NCBI GenBank assembly: GCA_030599585.1
Contig: JAUVNS010000014.1
Location: 42,028-106,027 of the forward strand
From: Promethearchaeota archaeon
Lineage (GTDB): Archaea > Asgardarchaeota > Lokiarchaeia > Sigyniarchaeales > SOKP01
Reading direction: 5' to 3'
DNA: 64,000 nt
In this document: one piece after another, positions 20,860 through 31,142 of the stretch
How positions within the stretch are numbered: the first letter of the stretch is position 1
How the letters are laid out: each line of letters begins with the position of its first letter
Notes under the pieces: model-generated
What the model was told of the DNA's origin: nothing
Databases searched by the model: none
The model's input: the letters and a program-made list of their open reading frames with translations, nothing else
Made by a program: the position numbers and the translations under genes

Positions 20860-22113
20860 TTAAGGATGCAAATAAACCGACACTTTTTCTCCTTTTTTCA
20901 ATCCTTCCCTATTTTCAGAAATTTCTACAATCCCATCAGATTGAGTTAATGAGCTTATAATTCCTGAGCCTTTTAATTTAACTGGGAGAGCAAGAAGCTG
21001 ATTTTCTCTCTTTTCTAGTCTAACTCTTAAGTAATGTTTATATCCCATTCGCGAGACTGGTACATCTTTACTAATTGTGGCTATGATTTCTACCCTTGGA
21101 TCTGTGGTAAGACATCCTAACATCTTCTTGATGGTGGTTCCAACAATTAATAAAAAACAAATATACGCTGCTACAGGAGTACCTGGTAGACAGAAAACTA
21201 ACGATTGATCTTTTAAGCCAATTAATACCGGTGAACCGGGTCGCATCGCAATTCCATGAACCAACACCTTACCGTTTTCATGTATTGTTTCGGGTAAGAA
21301 ATCTTTAGTTCCCACTGATGTACCACCTGTAAATATAATAATTTGAGAGTCGATAGAAGATTTAATTAAATTATTTCTAATTTCATCTTTATTGTCCTTA
21401 ATGTTTAATTCTCTTACTACGCTTCCTCCATATGTTTCTACGAGGCTTGATACCATCGGACTATTTGAATTATAGATTTTATTTATTGGAAGGGGACTTC
21501 CTACTTCAACTAATTCGTCTCCTACAGCAAAAACGCTCACTTTTGGTTTTTTTTTTACTTTGATATGTTTAATCCCTAATGAAGACAAAAGAGCGATATG
21601 AGAAGCTTTAATGGTAATACCTGCTCTTAAAATATCTGTTCCTAGAGGAATATCTTCGCCTTTTTTAGAAACATTTTTTCCCGGAACTATTGAAGTATAA
21701 ATAGAAACAATCTCGCCATCAATATCAGTATCTTCTATTTTTATAACTGAATCAGCGCCTTGTGGTATTACCGCTCCAGTGGATATTCTAATAGCCTCTC
21801 CAGACTTAAGAACAAGATCAGTTTCTTCTCCAATCTCAACTGTACCAATTTTTTTTATTACTTTTGGATTGCTAGGAGATGCTCCAAATGTATCTTCCGC
21901 TTTAACCGCGTATCCATCCATTGCAGACCTATCAAAGGGGGGAATATCGAGTTCACTGATAATACCAGTCGCTAATACTCGATTTAATGCTTTAGATGTT
22001 TCTACTTCATCAAGAGCTGCTGGTGTGATATGAGCTTGTATCTTTTTTAGAGCATCATCTAATAGTGTTAATTTCGAAAAACCAATTTTGTTTAAACTTT
22101 TCAGAATGCTCAC
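20860..22113 (-). CDS. moeA: Molybdopterin molybdo/tungstotransferase MoeA
   Basis: FDRSAMDGYAV, ISTGA, GGTSVG, RPGSP, LPGTP. Confidence 0.93.
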   Translation of the reverse strand: MSILKSLNKIGFSKLTLLDDALKKIQAHITPAALDEVETSKALNRVLATGIISELDIPPFDRSAMDGYAVKAEDTFGASPSNPKVIKKIGTVEIGEETDLVLKSGEAIRISTGAVIPQGADSVIKIEDTDIDGEIVSIYTSIVPGKNVSKKGEDIPLGTDILRAGITIKASHIALLSSLGIKHIKVKKKPKVSVFAVGDELVEVGSPLPINKIYNSNSPMVSSLVETYGGSVVRELNIKDNKDEIRNNLIKSSIDSQIIIFTGGTSVGTKDFLPETIHENGKVLVHGIAMRPGSPVLIGLKDQSLVFCLPGTPVAAYICFLLIVGTTIKKMLGCLTTDPRVEIIATISKDVPVSRMGYKHYLRVRLEKRENQLLALPVKLKGSGIISSLTQSDGIVEISENREGLKKGEKVSVYLHP

Positions 22114-22646
22114 TCTTTTTTATTTATCATATAAACCATATGCTTGATTTCGGGCAAGATTAATTCAGTTAAAGCTAATTTTACGGCATTAGGAGATCCT
22201 GGAAGTAAAAATATTGCTTTATTTTTGATTTTACCGGCTAATGCTCGTGAAAACATCGAAGACGGACCAATTTCTTTGTATGAGAGATATCGGAATAATT
22301 CTCCGAAACCATCTATGGTTTTTTCTAAGAGAGGTTTAATTGCTTCGTACGTTACATCTTTAGGTGTTAATCCTGTTCCCCCACTAAACACGATGACATG
22401 TAGGGAAGAATCTATCAATAATCTTTCTAATAGTTCTACGATTTGGATTTGGTTATCGGACACAATTTCTGAAAATGTTAGGAATATACTAGGATTTTGC
22501 TCTAAAATTTGCTCTACCATAGGAATCGTCTTATCTGAGCTACTATCTTTTTCTTGTAATTCATTGAATTTGGAAGTGCTTACGATAACTAAAGCAAGGT
22601 TAATAGTGTCAGGTCCTTTTTTCTTATGTTGTTCATGAACTTTCAT
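22110..22646 (-). CDS. moaB: Molybdopterin adenylyltransferase MoaB/MogA
   Basis: SGGTGLTPKDVT, GFGELFR, SRALAG, LPGSP. Confidence 0.92.
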   Translation of the reverse strand: MKVHEQHKKKGPDTINLALVIVSTSKFNELQEKDSSSDKTIPMVEQILEQNPSIFLTFSEIVSDNQIQIVELLERLLIDSSLHVIVFSGGTGLTPKDVTYEAIKPLLEKTIDGFGELFRYLSYKEIGPSSMFSRALAGKIKNKAIFLLPGSPNAVKLALTELILPEIKHMVYMINKKE

Positions 22647-23872
22647 TTAAAAAAATACACCCGTTTTTTTTCTCCTTTTTCAATTATTGACACTAATTCA
22701 TCGATTTCAACATAACCATCGGCATAAAACATAGTGCTAATAGCTTCAGAACCTGTTTTTATGGGAAAAATCTTTTTAACGCTATCGGTATCTTGAATTT
22801 TTACGGTTTTGAATTCGTGACGGCCAATTGTGCTGTATATTCTTTCTCCAACTTCGAAGAGCCTAGAATAAGTTTCCTTTAAAGGATACCCAGAATTCTT
22901 TCTAAGAAAATTATCAATAAAAACATAGAAACAGCTTAATGCTGAAGTTGGATATCCTGGTAATATAAAAATCATCTTGCTTCCAAACTTGGTAAAAATT
23001 ATTGGCTTACCAGGTTTAATTCTTACACCATGCACAAGAATTTCTTTATCGTTGTATTGTTCTAAAACTTTAGGTCCTAAATCTCCTTCGCCTTTAGAAG
23101 TTCCACCAGAGAGAATAATAATATCGCTGAATTTCAATGCATCGTCAATAACACACTTCAATTCGTTAAAATCGTCCTTTAGAATTCCAAAGAATTCAAC
23201 TAACGCTCCGGTGTTTTCAATTGCTTTTTTCAAAATTATAGAATTTACATCGTAAATTTTCCCAATATCTAATTCTTTAACATTATCGCTCACGAGCTCG
23301 TTTCCAGTACTTATAAGCCCTACCTTTAATTTCCTGTAAATAGGCACTTCCCTAATTCCACATGAAGCTAGAATTCCAAGAGTTGCTAAGTCAATTAATC
23401 GATCTTTTTTAACTATTATTTGTTCTTTTTGAATATCATGCCCAATTTCTATTATATGTGTTCCAGGAGTTATAGCTTTTGAAATTATAATCTTTTCTTC
23501 AATTTTTTCAGTAAATTCAACCATTACTACACCATCAGCGTTTTCTGGAATTGCTGCGCCCGTTGCAACGTAAGAACATTGACCTTTTTTTAATTTTTTT
23601 TGAGGTTTTTCTCCCGCGGGAATTGTTTCGATTAATTCAAATTCGATGAAGTTATCTTCTTCAGCAAGAAATGTATCTTCGGCAATAACAGCATAACCGT
23701 CCATCCTCGATTTACGGAAATGAGGGACGTCGATAGGACTTATAATGTCTCTGAACAATACTCGATTATAAGCATCTTCAAGGGATATAATTTCTTCTTT
23801 AATTTCTATCTTTGGTATAGCTTCTAATATTTCTTTAAATTCTTCTACTTTAATGGTTTGTAAAAATTTCAT
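22643..23872 (-). CDS. moeA: Second MoeA paralogue
   Basis: FRKSRMDGYAV, STGNEL, SGGTSKG, KPGKP, LPGYP. Confidence 0.92.
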   Translation of the reverse strand: MKFLQTIKVEEFKEILEAIPKIEIKEEIISLEDAYNRVLFRDIISPIDVPHFRKSRMDGYAVIAEDTFLAEEDNFIEFELIETIPAGEKPQKKLKKGQCSYVATGAAIPENADGVVMVEFTEKIEEKIIISKAITPGTHIIEIGHDIQKEQIIVKKDRLIDLATLGILASCGIREVPIYRKLKVGLISTGNELVSDNVKELDIGKIYDVNSIILKKAIENTGALVEFFGILKDDFNELKCVIDDALKFSDIIILSGGTSKGEGDLGPKVLEQYNDKEILVHGVRIKPGKPIIFTKFGSKMIFILPGYPTSALSCFYVFIDNFLRKNSGYPLKETYSRLFEVGERIYSTIGRHEFKTVKIQDTDSVKKIFPIKTGSEAISTMFYADGYVEIDELVSIIEKGEKKRVYFFK

Positions 23873-23904
23873 TTGAGGTTATCCAAATAATGATTTTTTT
23901 TAAT

Positions 23905-24354
23905 TTAATGAACCCATTCTGAATTACCATCTAAAAAAACTTCTTTCTTCCAGACGGCTATTTCTTTTTTATAATTTTCTACAGCAAGCCTCAGAGCTTT
24001 AAAGCCTTCTTCTCTATGAGAAGATGCAACTATAACATGAACTAATTCATCATTTATGTCAAAAACTCCTTTGAAATGAACTATGATGATATCAACTATT
24101 CCGGGTATTTCTTTTATTTCTTTACATATTTTGTTAATGCTTCTATTTGCAAGCTCCTCATAGGCATCAATTTCTAAGCTACGAATTAATTTACCTTCCT
24201 TGGAAGTATTTCTTACAATTCCTGTGAAGGTTAGAATCGAGCCAGCATCTTTAATTTTAGGATGATTTTTTAGTGATAATAGGATATTGCTTAAGTTGAT
24301 TTCGTCTTTTTTATAGATACCAGATTTAACTTGAGTAAAGTTATTATTATTCAC
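23905..24354 (-). CDS. moaE: Molybdopterin synthase catalytic subunit
   Basis: FTGIVR, HREEGF, VWKKE, WV motifs. Confidence 0.92.
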   Translation of the reverse strand: MNNNNFTQVKSGIYKKDEINLSNILLSLKNHPKIKDAGSILTFTGIVRNTSKEGKLIRSLEIDAYEELANRSINKICKEIKEIPGIVDIIIVHFKGVFDINDELVHVIVASSHREEGFKALRLAVENYKKEIAVWKKEVFLDGNSEWVH

Positions 24355-24359
24355 TTTGG

Positions 24360-24641
24360 CTAACCTCCCGCAAAAGGTAATAGAAAAGCTACTTTATCTC
24401 CATCTATCAACTTCATATTTCCTTTGTTTTTACCTGTGATAATTTTATCGTTTATAACGATTGAGATATTGTCCTTTAAATTTTTTATTTCGTCGTCCCA
24501 TATTAGATTTTTTAGAGGATCATACTTGCTAAAAATCTTTGAAGTAAGCCCTTTTACAGTGTTTTCCTTTAACTCAAAAAACTCCCGATCTTTTCCTGTT
24601 ATATCCTTAAAATCAGCAAAGTAAAGTACTTCTACGTTCAT
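24360..24641 (-). CDS. moaD: Ubiquitin-like sulfur carrier (MoaD/SAMP1)
   Basis: YFADF N-terminus, DGDKVAFLLPFAGG C-terminal di-glycine. Confidence 0.93.
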   Translation of the reverse strand: MNVEVLYFADFKDITGKDREFFELKENTVKGLTSKIFSKYDPLKNLIWDDEIKNLKDNISIVINDKIITGKNKGNMKLIDGDKVAFLLPFAGG

Positions 24642-24663
24642 TTTCGTGACATTTAAATTTTTA

Positions 24664-25584
24664 TTAATAATAAGGTTCTCTTGTATCTACAACTTGTTTA
24701 ACTATTTTTTCATATATAGATAATGAGTGATTATTCTTCAAGGCTTCTTTGATATTTGTACCTAAATCAGACCGAAAGAGACAACCAAATAGATTTCCAT
24801 CGCAGCCAACCCTCAGTTTTGTGCATCCCATACAAAATTCATGCCCAGGAGTAATGGTTTCAACTTTTGCTGAGTTTGGTAGTGTAAACACCTTTCGGTT
24901 TTGCATATTACCTCTTACTTGGATGTCTATTGCTTTTCTTTCAAATTCTTCAATTAAAGGTGTCACATCGAAATAATACTTATCATAGAAACCATTATCT
25001 TGACTAATTGACCGAGACACCTTATGTAATTCAATTAGTTGCAGAATAAATTCATTTTCAGCACAAAAATTAACCAAATCATTTACTTCTTGATCATTTA
25101 TGCCTTTAAGAACCACATAATTCAATTTAATAGGAGTAAGTCCGATGTCTTTTGCTAGCATTAATCCTTTTAACACAGCCTCTAAGGAATCAGAACCGTA
25201 TATCTTCTTATAAATCTCTGGTTTAAGTGTCCCCAACGACACATTGATACGGTTTAAACCAGCATCATAGAGGTCTTGGGCTTTTTCTATTAGATAAACG
25301 CCGTTTGTCGTCATAGATATGTCTTTGTAAAGTTGCAGATCAGAAACACTTCTAATAATTTCGACTATTTCTTCTCTGAGTAAAGGCTCTCCGCCTGTAA
25401 ATTTAATTTTGGTTACTTTTAATACCTGTGCTAATATCCTACAAAGTTGAGTAATTTCATCAACGCTTAGTTCCGTTGTTTTGGGAATGAATCCTTCTCG
25501 ATCGCAGTAAATGCAATTATAATTACAATTAGAGGTTACTGAAAATCTAATGTGCTTTATTTCTCTATTACAGTTGTCTTTCAT
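24664..25584 (-). CDS. moaA: GTP 3',8-cyclase (radical SAM)
   Basis: CNYNCIYC, GGEPLLR, C-terminal CMGC-x13-C; archaeal type without the terminal GG. Confidence 0.93.
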   Translation of the reverse strand: MKDNCNREIKHIRFSVTSNCNYNCIYCDREGFIPKTTELSVDEITQLCRILAQVLKVTKIKFTGGEPLLREEIVEIIRSVSDLQLYKDISMTTNGVYLIEKAQDLYDAGLNRINVSLGTLKPEIYKKIYGSDSLEAVLKGLMLAKDIGLTPIKLNYVVLKGINDQEVNDLVNFCAENEFILQLIELHKVSRSISQDNGFYDKYYFDVTPLIEEFERKAIDIQVRGNMQNRKVFTLPNSAKVETITPGHEFCMGCTKLRVGCDGNLFGCLFRSDLGTNIKEALKNNHSLSIYEKIVKQVVDTREPYY

Positions 25585-25593
25585 GTTATTATC

Positions 25594-26025
25594 TTATAAT
25601 TTTTTTATTTTTTCATCGACTTTTACTTCAGTTATAACCGTTATCGGATATTGTCCATTACTATCTTTCTCATACATCTTTACAACATCCCAAATATTTA
25701 ATAATGCGATATTAACGCCCATAAGAGCCTCCATTTCTACTCCCGTTTTTGAAATGCTTTTAACGGTACATTTTACTTTAATAATATTATCACCCTCGTA
25801 ATTAAAATCAATAGCAACATTACTTATAGGAATTGGGTGACATAATGGAATCAAATCAGGAACTTTTTTAACGGCATTAATCGCTGCGATTTTTGCAATA
25901 GTAAAAACATCCCCTTTTTTAAGGTTTTTATTTTTAATTCGCTCTATCGTCTCTTTCTTTAAGTAGATTTTCCCAGACGACTTTGCTATTCTTAATATAG
26001 AATCTTTTTCAGATATGTCAATCAT
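25594..26025 (-). CDS. moaC: Cyclic pyranopterin monophosphate synthase
   Basis: MIDISEK, KKGDV, LIPLCHP, TGVEMEAL. Confidence 0.95.
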   Translation of the reverse strand: MIDISEKDSILRIAKSSGKIYLKKETIERIKNKNLKKGDVFTIAKIAAINAVKKVPDLIPLCHPIPISNVAIDFNYEGDNIIKVKCTVKSISKTGVEMEALMGVNIALLNIWDVVKMYEKDSNGQYPITVITEVKVDEKIKKL

Positions 26026-26102
26026 TTTTTCACTAGGAACCTTTTTTTACGTTTTCATTTCTCATACATATCGATATTTTTGCATTATTAAAAAATTTGT
26101 GA

Positions 26103-27194
26103 TTATAGGATTTTAACATCAGTCGCCTTGAAATTGATATAAACTTCTGTTCCATATTTAATTCCTAATTTTTGCTGAGATACTTTTGTAATGCTTACTA
26201 AAAATCTTTCTGAATTAGTTTTAATAATGACATGGATTAAATTACCAAGATCTCGAATTTCATCAACTAAACCCTTAAATAAATTCAATGAGCTAACATT
26301 TTGAGGGGGATTTTTAGCGAGAATAATACTCTCAGGGTGGATACAAACTTTTACTTTACCTTCTTTTTGATCCGATGCAGTGATAACAAGATCATTTATT
26401 TTTATTTGATTAAGATTTGACGTTGGATCTACACGAGCGTTTCCTGAAAAGATATTTTCGTAGCCAACAAAATATGCTGTGAATTCATCTTTAGGAGCTT
26501 GAAATATTACATTTGGAGAATTAATTTGATTTATTTTACCTTCATTTAAAACGGCTATTCGATCTGCTAATCTTATTGCTTCGTATCGATCGTGAGTGCT
26601 CAATATGATTGTTTTTTCTTTATCTTTTTTGATTTTAGTAATAAAACGATCTAGAATCTTAACATTCATTGGATCCAAATTTGCTGAAACCTCATCAAGG
26701 AGGTAAATTTCAGGAGTAAAAATAAAATTCATCGCAATTACTACCCTCTGCATTTCTCCTCCTGATAAAGCTCTAGCGTTTTTGTTTTCCATGCCAGAGA
26801 GTCCTACGGATTCAATCATTTCTGAAACTGGATGCTTGTATTGATTATATTTCAATCCTCTAACTTTCAGTCCATAAGCAATATTTTCAAAAACCGAAGC
26901 ATCTCTAACTAAGGGTTTTTGCCTTACGAATGATAGTTTTCTTCGATATTGTGTTTTTTCTTTTCGTGATAAATTGGTTATATCTTTTCCCAAATATCTT
27001 ATTTCCCCTTGCGTTGGAGATTCAAGTAATCCTAAAATTCTCAATAAAGTAGTCTTCCCACTTCCATTTGGACCGATTATGGCAAAAGATTCTCCTTTAT
27101 TAATTGAAAGGTTAATCCCGGAAAGTACTGAGATTACATTACCATCTTTTTTATAAAAATCTTTTGACAGGTTTTTAACCTCAAGCAGGCTCAC
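26103..27194 (-). CDS. tupC: Tungstate/molybdate ABC transporter ATPase with TOBE domain
   Basis: GPNGSGKT, LSGGEMQR, LLDE; C-terminal TOBE (FKATDVKIL); start placed at GTG 27194 after GGTGA. Confidence 0.88.
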   Translation of the reverse strand: MSLLEVKNLSKDFYKKDGNVISVLSGINLSINKGESFAIIGPNGSGKTTLLRILGLLESPTQGEIRYLGKDITNLSRKEKTQYRRKLSFVRQKPLVRDASVFENIAYGLKVRGLKYNQYKHPVSEMIESVGLSGMENKNARALSGGEMQRVVIAMNFIFTPEIYLLDEVSANLDPMNVKILDRFITKIKKDKEKTIILSTHDRYEAIRLADRIAVLNEGKINQINSPNVIFQAPKDEFTAYFVGYENIFSGNARVDPTSNLNQIKINDLVITASDQKEGKVKVCIHPESIILAKNPPQNVSSLNLFKGLVDEIRDLGNLIHVIIKTNSERFLVSITKVSQQKLGIKYGTEVYINFKATDVKIL

Positions 27195-27195
27195 T

Positions 27196-27891
27196 CTACT
27201 TATCACCCCCTTGTAATCGAGTTAAACCGTAATTTAAAATGAAAGCTATTGATATCAAAATAATACCTAACGCTATAGCCATTCCAAATTCACCCATACG
27301 TGTTTGTAATACAATCGAGGTGGTAAACGTTCTCGTCGCCCAGCGAATGTTACCGCCTACGATCATTACTGCCCCAACTTCAGATATTGCTTGACCAAAA
27401 GCTACGAGAAATCCCGCAATAATTGATTTTTTTGAATGCTTGATTAATTCCCACCATAATTGCCTCTCATTAGCCCCTAAGGAAAGAACTGTTTCTTTCA
27501 AAGCGGGAGCTACGCTTTCTATTGCTGCTTTTCCTGTCCCAATTATAATTGGTACCGCTAAAAGGAATTGCGCAATAATCATAGCAGTTGTTGAATATAA
27601 TAACCCTAACGATCCGAATATTCCTCCCGCAGATAGGAGTAAAAATACAATTAGCCCCATTACCACTGGCGGAAATCCCATAAAAGTATTTATCAAATTG
27701 CTAAGGAATCTTTTTCCTCGGAATTCTCTCAAACCAATGAAAGAGCCAATTGGTAAAGAAACTAAGGCAGCAAGAAATGTAGAGATCAACGATACGCGAA
27801 ATGACACTTCTATTACGCCCCAAACTTCTGGATCTAAAGTAAATATTAATTGAATCGCTTCCAAAATTCCTTCTATAATTTCGTTCGACAT
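27196..27891 (-). CDS. tupB: Tungstate ABC transporter permease
   Basis: MGFPPVVMGL, SEVGAVMIVGGNIRWATRTFTT. Confidence 0.92.
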   Translation of the reverse strand: MSNEIIEGILEAIQLIFTLDPEVWGVIEVSFRVSLISTFLAALVSLPIGSFIGLREFRGKRFLSNLINTFMGFPPVVMGLIVFLLLSAGGIFGSLGLLYSTTAMIIAQFLLAVPIIIGTGKAAIESVAPALKETVLSLGANERQLWWELIKHSKKSIIAGFLVAFGQAISEVGAVMIVGGNIRWATRTFTTSIVLQTRMGEFGMAIALGIILISIAFILNYGLTRLQGGDK

Positions 27892-27909
27892 TATTCTTAT
27901 CTTATTTTT

Positions 27910-28920
27910 TTATGCAAATTCTTGTTGAAAACCGGCCCAAAAATAAACTTCTTCTTCAGTAGTTGGGCAGTAATGAGTGGTATTACACATTCCAAAGGCA
28001 GCATGGAATAATTTTTCTCCGTTTTTTGTATAAGAATTAATTAAGTTTTGCCCATAGTTAGACGTAAGAAATCCTACAAACCTCAATACGCTACTATATT
28101 TAACATGTGAATGTAAGTCAGGATTTACGGGGATTACACCATAAGGATTAAGTAAATTATCCTCCCCTACAACTGATTCAGCTAAAATTTTTAGAATTGT
28201 ATAGGTATTATTAAAAGAGAGCCAAGTACCTCGATCTATTAAAGTATAACCCTGGTTATTTGCATCTTGAAAAGTCATTTGCAAAGTTGTTGCCATTCCC
28301 TGTCCAGTCTCAGTGTATTTATCAGGTTGTGCAAACCAGTCCGCATCTGGAATAACACTAATATTTGCCCATAATGATAATTCTTTGGAATAAGTACCTG
28401 AACCATCTCCTCGAGAATAGAACGTTGAATTGCCTGCGTCTATACCTTCCTTTAATTTTGTCATGATGATGGTAATGGTGTCATTTGGTAATAATTCTGC
28501 AGGATTGTTTTCATGACCAACAATAATAAAATCATTGTACATGACACATGCTCTATGTATCCCGTAAGGAGTTTGTCCATCGCTATCGTTCACAAAAGTA
28601 TCTTCTCTAGATCTGGAATGTACGAGTATTACATCTACATCACCACTCTCTCCATACACTAGTGCTTGTCCCGTTCCAACTGATAGAACTGAGACTTCGA
28701 TACCTGTTTTTCGAGTAAATTCTGGTAATAAATAATCTAACAATCCAGAATCATATGTAGAAGTTGTAGTGGCAAGCGTAATTCGAGTTGGATTTCGAGC
28801 GGATAATAAATCAAATATAAAAAAAGTTCCAAACGAACCTCCAATTATGAGAAGAAAAATAATTAAAAATACTATTTTATGCTCGCTAATTATGGTTTTT
28901 ATTGTTCTTCTCTTACTCAT
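27910..28920 (-). CDS. tupA: Tungstate-binding protein with N-terminal membrane anchor
   Basis: ATTTSTYDSGLL (TTTS tungstate motif), GTGQAL, SRGDGSGT, NPYGVI. Confidence 0.92.
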   Translation of the reverse strand: MSKRRTIKTIISEHKIVFLIIFLLIIGGSFGTFFIFDLLSARNPTRITLATTTSTYDSGLLDYLLPEFTRKTGIEVSVLSVGTGQALVYGESGDVDVILVHSRSREDTFVNDSDGQTPYGIHRACVMYNDFIIVGHENNPAELLPNDTITIIMTKLKEGIDAGNSTFYSRGDGSGTYSKELSLWANISVIPDADWFAQPDKYTETGQGMATTLQMTFQDANNQGYTLIDRGTWLSFNNTYTILKILAESVVGEDNLLNPYGVIPVNPDLHSHVKYSSVLRFVGFLTSNYGQNLINSYTKNGEKLFHAAFGMCNTTHYCPTTEEEVYFWAGFQQEFA

Positions 28921-29210
28921 TTTTTTCACAAATTTAGTTCTAATTTTTTGACATAATTTTTTAATTTCTAGTTTCCACTTCTCTCAAGTGAAAATTTTAC
29001 GAGCTATCTGAGTGTACATAACGATCTTTTGTTTAAAAATTTTATTTCTCAATTTCTAAATTCTTAGAAATTGCTAGTAAATCCGGATTTATTGTGCAAG
29101 AATAAATCTAAAAAAAAGTTAAGGCATTGTTATAACATTAGTGACTATTTAGTTTGATCATTCATGTCTGATTCTCATAAATAAAAAATGATTTTGCAAA
29201 ATAGCACAAA

Positions 29211-30140
29211 TTACATGAAATTAAACAATTTTTTTGTTTTATCTACTGTACTGGAATCAAATTTCCTAAATAAGGCATAAGCAGCAATTGGCACGACACA
29301 TCCACAATTATCACATAATAGTGGTGAATTTCCCATGACACAAAACTTTTGTTTTCCATCAGGAAAGAAACTTTTTACTTGACCAGTTTTAAATACGCAA
29401 TGTGGTACAAATTCTTTTGATAGGTATACTTCTAACATTTTTTTGGAATAAAAAATAAAATTACCATATTCACTCATTACTTTTAAAATGTCTTTTATTG
29501 TCTTTTTTAATATATTGCCTTTTAATAAAAGTGGACTGTCAGGATAGTCGGTATATAATAGAAAGACCAATCCAGAAGCACCATTATCGTGAGTAATCTT
29601 AGCAATGTCTTCAATTTCTTTATAATTTAATGTCATGATGGTTGAAGTAACGACCGGATTGTTCTCCCGAATATTTTGTATGACTCTATCAAAAATGTTT
29701 TCGCCTCTTATCTTATTATGAGTTTCCTTGGTGCCATCTATACTTACCCAGTATTTCGGTTGTTTATATCCATTAAATCGAGGTAATTTTATAACTCCAT
29801 TTGATACAACCTGAACTGAGGGAAAAATTTTAATCGCTTCTTTTATAACATCCATTCTTAAAGTAGGTTCTCCACCGGTTAAAATAGCTGTTTTTGTTCC
29901 TAAATTTCTATGGTATTTAAAAACCTTAATCCATTCTTCGTCCGATAATTCCGTCCTTTTATTTTTTAATTCCGCTGCTGATGAGAAAAAATAACAATGC
30001 TTACATTTTAAGTTACATTGCCAAGTTAAATCATAATTCACATATAACGGTACATTTCTTATTATTGACTGAAAAAACGATGGACCCATTGAAACTAAAC
30101 TTCTTACATTTTTTGCAGTAAATAATGCCATAATCAACAT
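29211..30140 (-). CDS. Radical SAM protein with C-terminal Cys-rich auxiliary domain
   Basis: CNLKCKHC, TGGEP, VSIDG; C-terminal C...C...CDNCGC. Confidence 0.88.
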   Translation of the reverse strand: MLIMALFTAKNVRSLVSMGPSFFQSIIRNVPLYVNYDLTWQCNLKCKHCYFFSSAAELKNKRTELSDEEWIKVFKYHRNLGTKTAILTGGEPTLRMDVIKEAIKIFPSVQVVSNGVIKLPRFNGYKQPKYWVSIDGTKETHNKIRGENIFDRVIQNIRENNPVVTSTIMTLNYKEIEDIAKITHDNGASGLVFLLYTDYPDSPLLLKGNILKKTIKDILKVMSEYGNFIFYSKKMLEVYLSKEFVPHCVFKTGQVKSFFPDGKQKFCVMGNSPLLCDNCGCVVPIAAYALFRKFDSSTVDKTKKLFNFM

Positions 30141-30404
30141 AAAAGATACGCTGCCTTAAAAATAAGTCTCAAATAAATTAAAAAAACTTACGCGTTCTTG
30201 ACGGTATTGAAAAGTAGGAGTAGGAGAAGTTAAGCTTTCTTCCATTATCATTAGAAAAAAATTAATAACTCCTAAAAATCCTTTCGTTTAATTAGCGATG
30301 TTAAATTAGCGCATCAACTTTTTAATAAATAGTGAGAGTTTTTCACCTGTATTGCTCCAAAATAAATAGAAATATCTTACTCTTAAAAAATTAATAAAAA
30401 AAAG

Positions 30405-31142
30405 TTAAGGCATAGTTATTATATTAGTGTCCTCATCGAGATTTATAATTCCTTTAACTGCGAGTTGTTTAATGGTTCGCACTGCCATAATAGGCGGGAC
30501 AGAAAGAAGTTTCTTTAACTCGTTAAGGTTACAGCTTCCCTGAGCCATAATCGTTGCTAATATATCAACTTCTGATATTTCTTCTTCAGAGTTCTCTATT
30601 ATAAACGATGTAAAGTAGTTATTCCTCTTCAAATGATTTAGTTTTAAGTCTAAATCCTTCATCTTTTCTTCAGAATATTCTGTTCTTAAATGCCTTTCAC
30701 GGTTTTCATTATCGATCTTTTTTTGATCTAATAAATTGTTATCATTTTCCTTCGTAACAATTTTGTCGTTAACAATTCTTAGTTTCGATTGAAGATCTTC
30801 AAGTTCTAACTTTGGTCCTTTGAGTTCGTCACTGATTTGTTCAATAGATTTTTGTAGTTCTGAAGTTTTTGCTTGTAGGCCATTTTTAGACGACTTTAAT
30901 ACTTCTATTTTTTTTGCTAGGTCATCCGATTTTGTGTTGAGTTCTGTTATCTCATTATTTTGGACTTCAATAGCCTCTTCTAGCTTTTTAACATCTTCAA
31001 GTTCAAGCTGCATCTTTTTCCAAGTTAAGCTCAAATTCTGAATAATGTTTTCGCTGTTTTTTTGAATTGCTTGTACGTATTCGTCGAAGTACTTCTCGAG
31101 CATTTCAATTGTTCCTAAAATGTCGTTTAAGTTCGAACTCAT
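30405..31142 (-). CDS. Coiled-coil protein with C-terminal winged-helix domain (subunit B of a pair)
   Basis: Long heptad region followed by ILATIMAQGSCNLNELKKLLSVPPIMAVRTIKQLAVKGIINLDEDTNIIT. Confidence 0.7.
   Translation of the reverse strand: MSSNLNDILGTIEMLEKYFDEYVQAIQKNSENIIQNLSLTWKKMQLELEDVKKLEEAIEVQNNEITELNTKSDDLAKKIEVLKSSKNGLQAKTSELQKSIEQISDELKGPKLELEDLQSKLRIVNDKIVTKENDNNLLDQKKIDNENRERHLRTEYSEEKMKDLDLKLNHLKRNNYFTSFIIENSEEEISEVDILATIMAQGSCNLNELKKLLSVPPIMAVRTIKQLAVKGIINLDEDTNIITMP

Noticed and set aside
22144-22638. 164-aa plus-strand ORF and the other antisense or nested ORFs in the track (e.g. 27440-27853, 34476-34847, 35019-35393)
   Set aside because: They lie opposite well-supported genes and have no recognisable motifs
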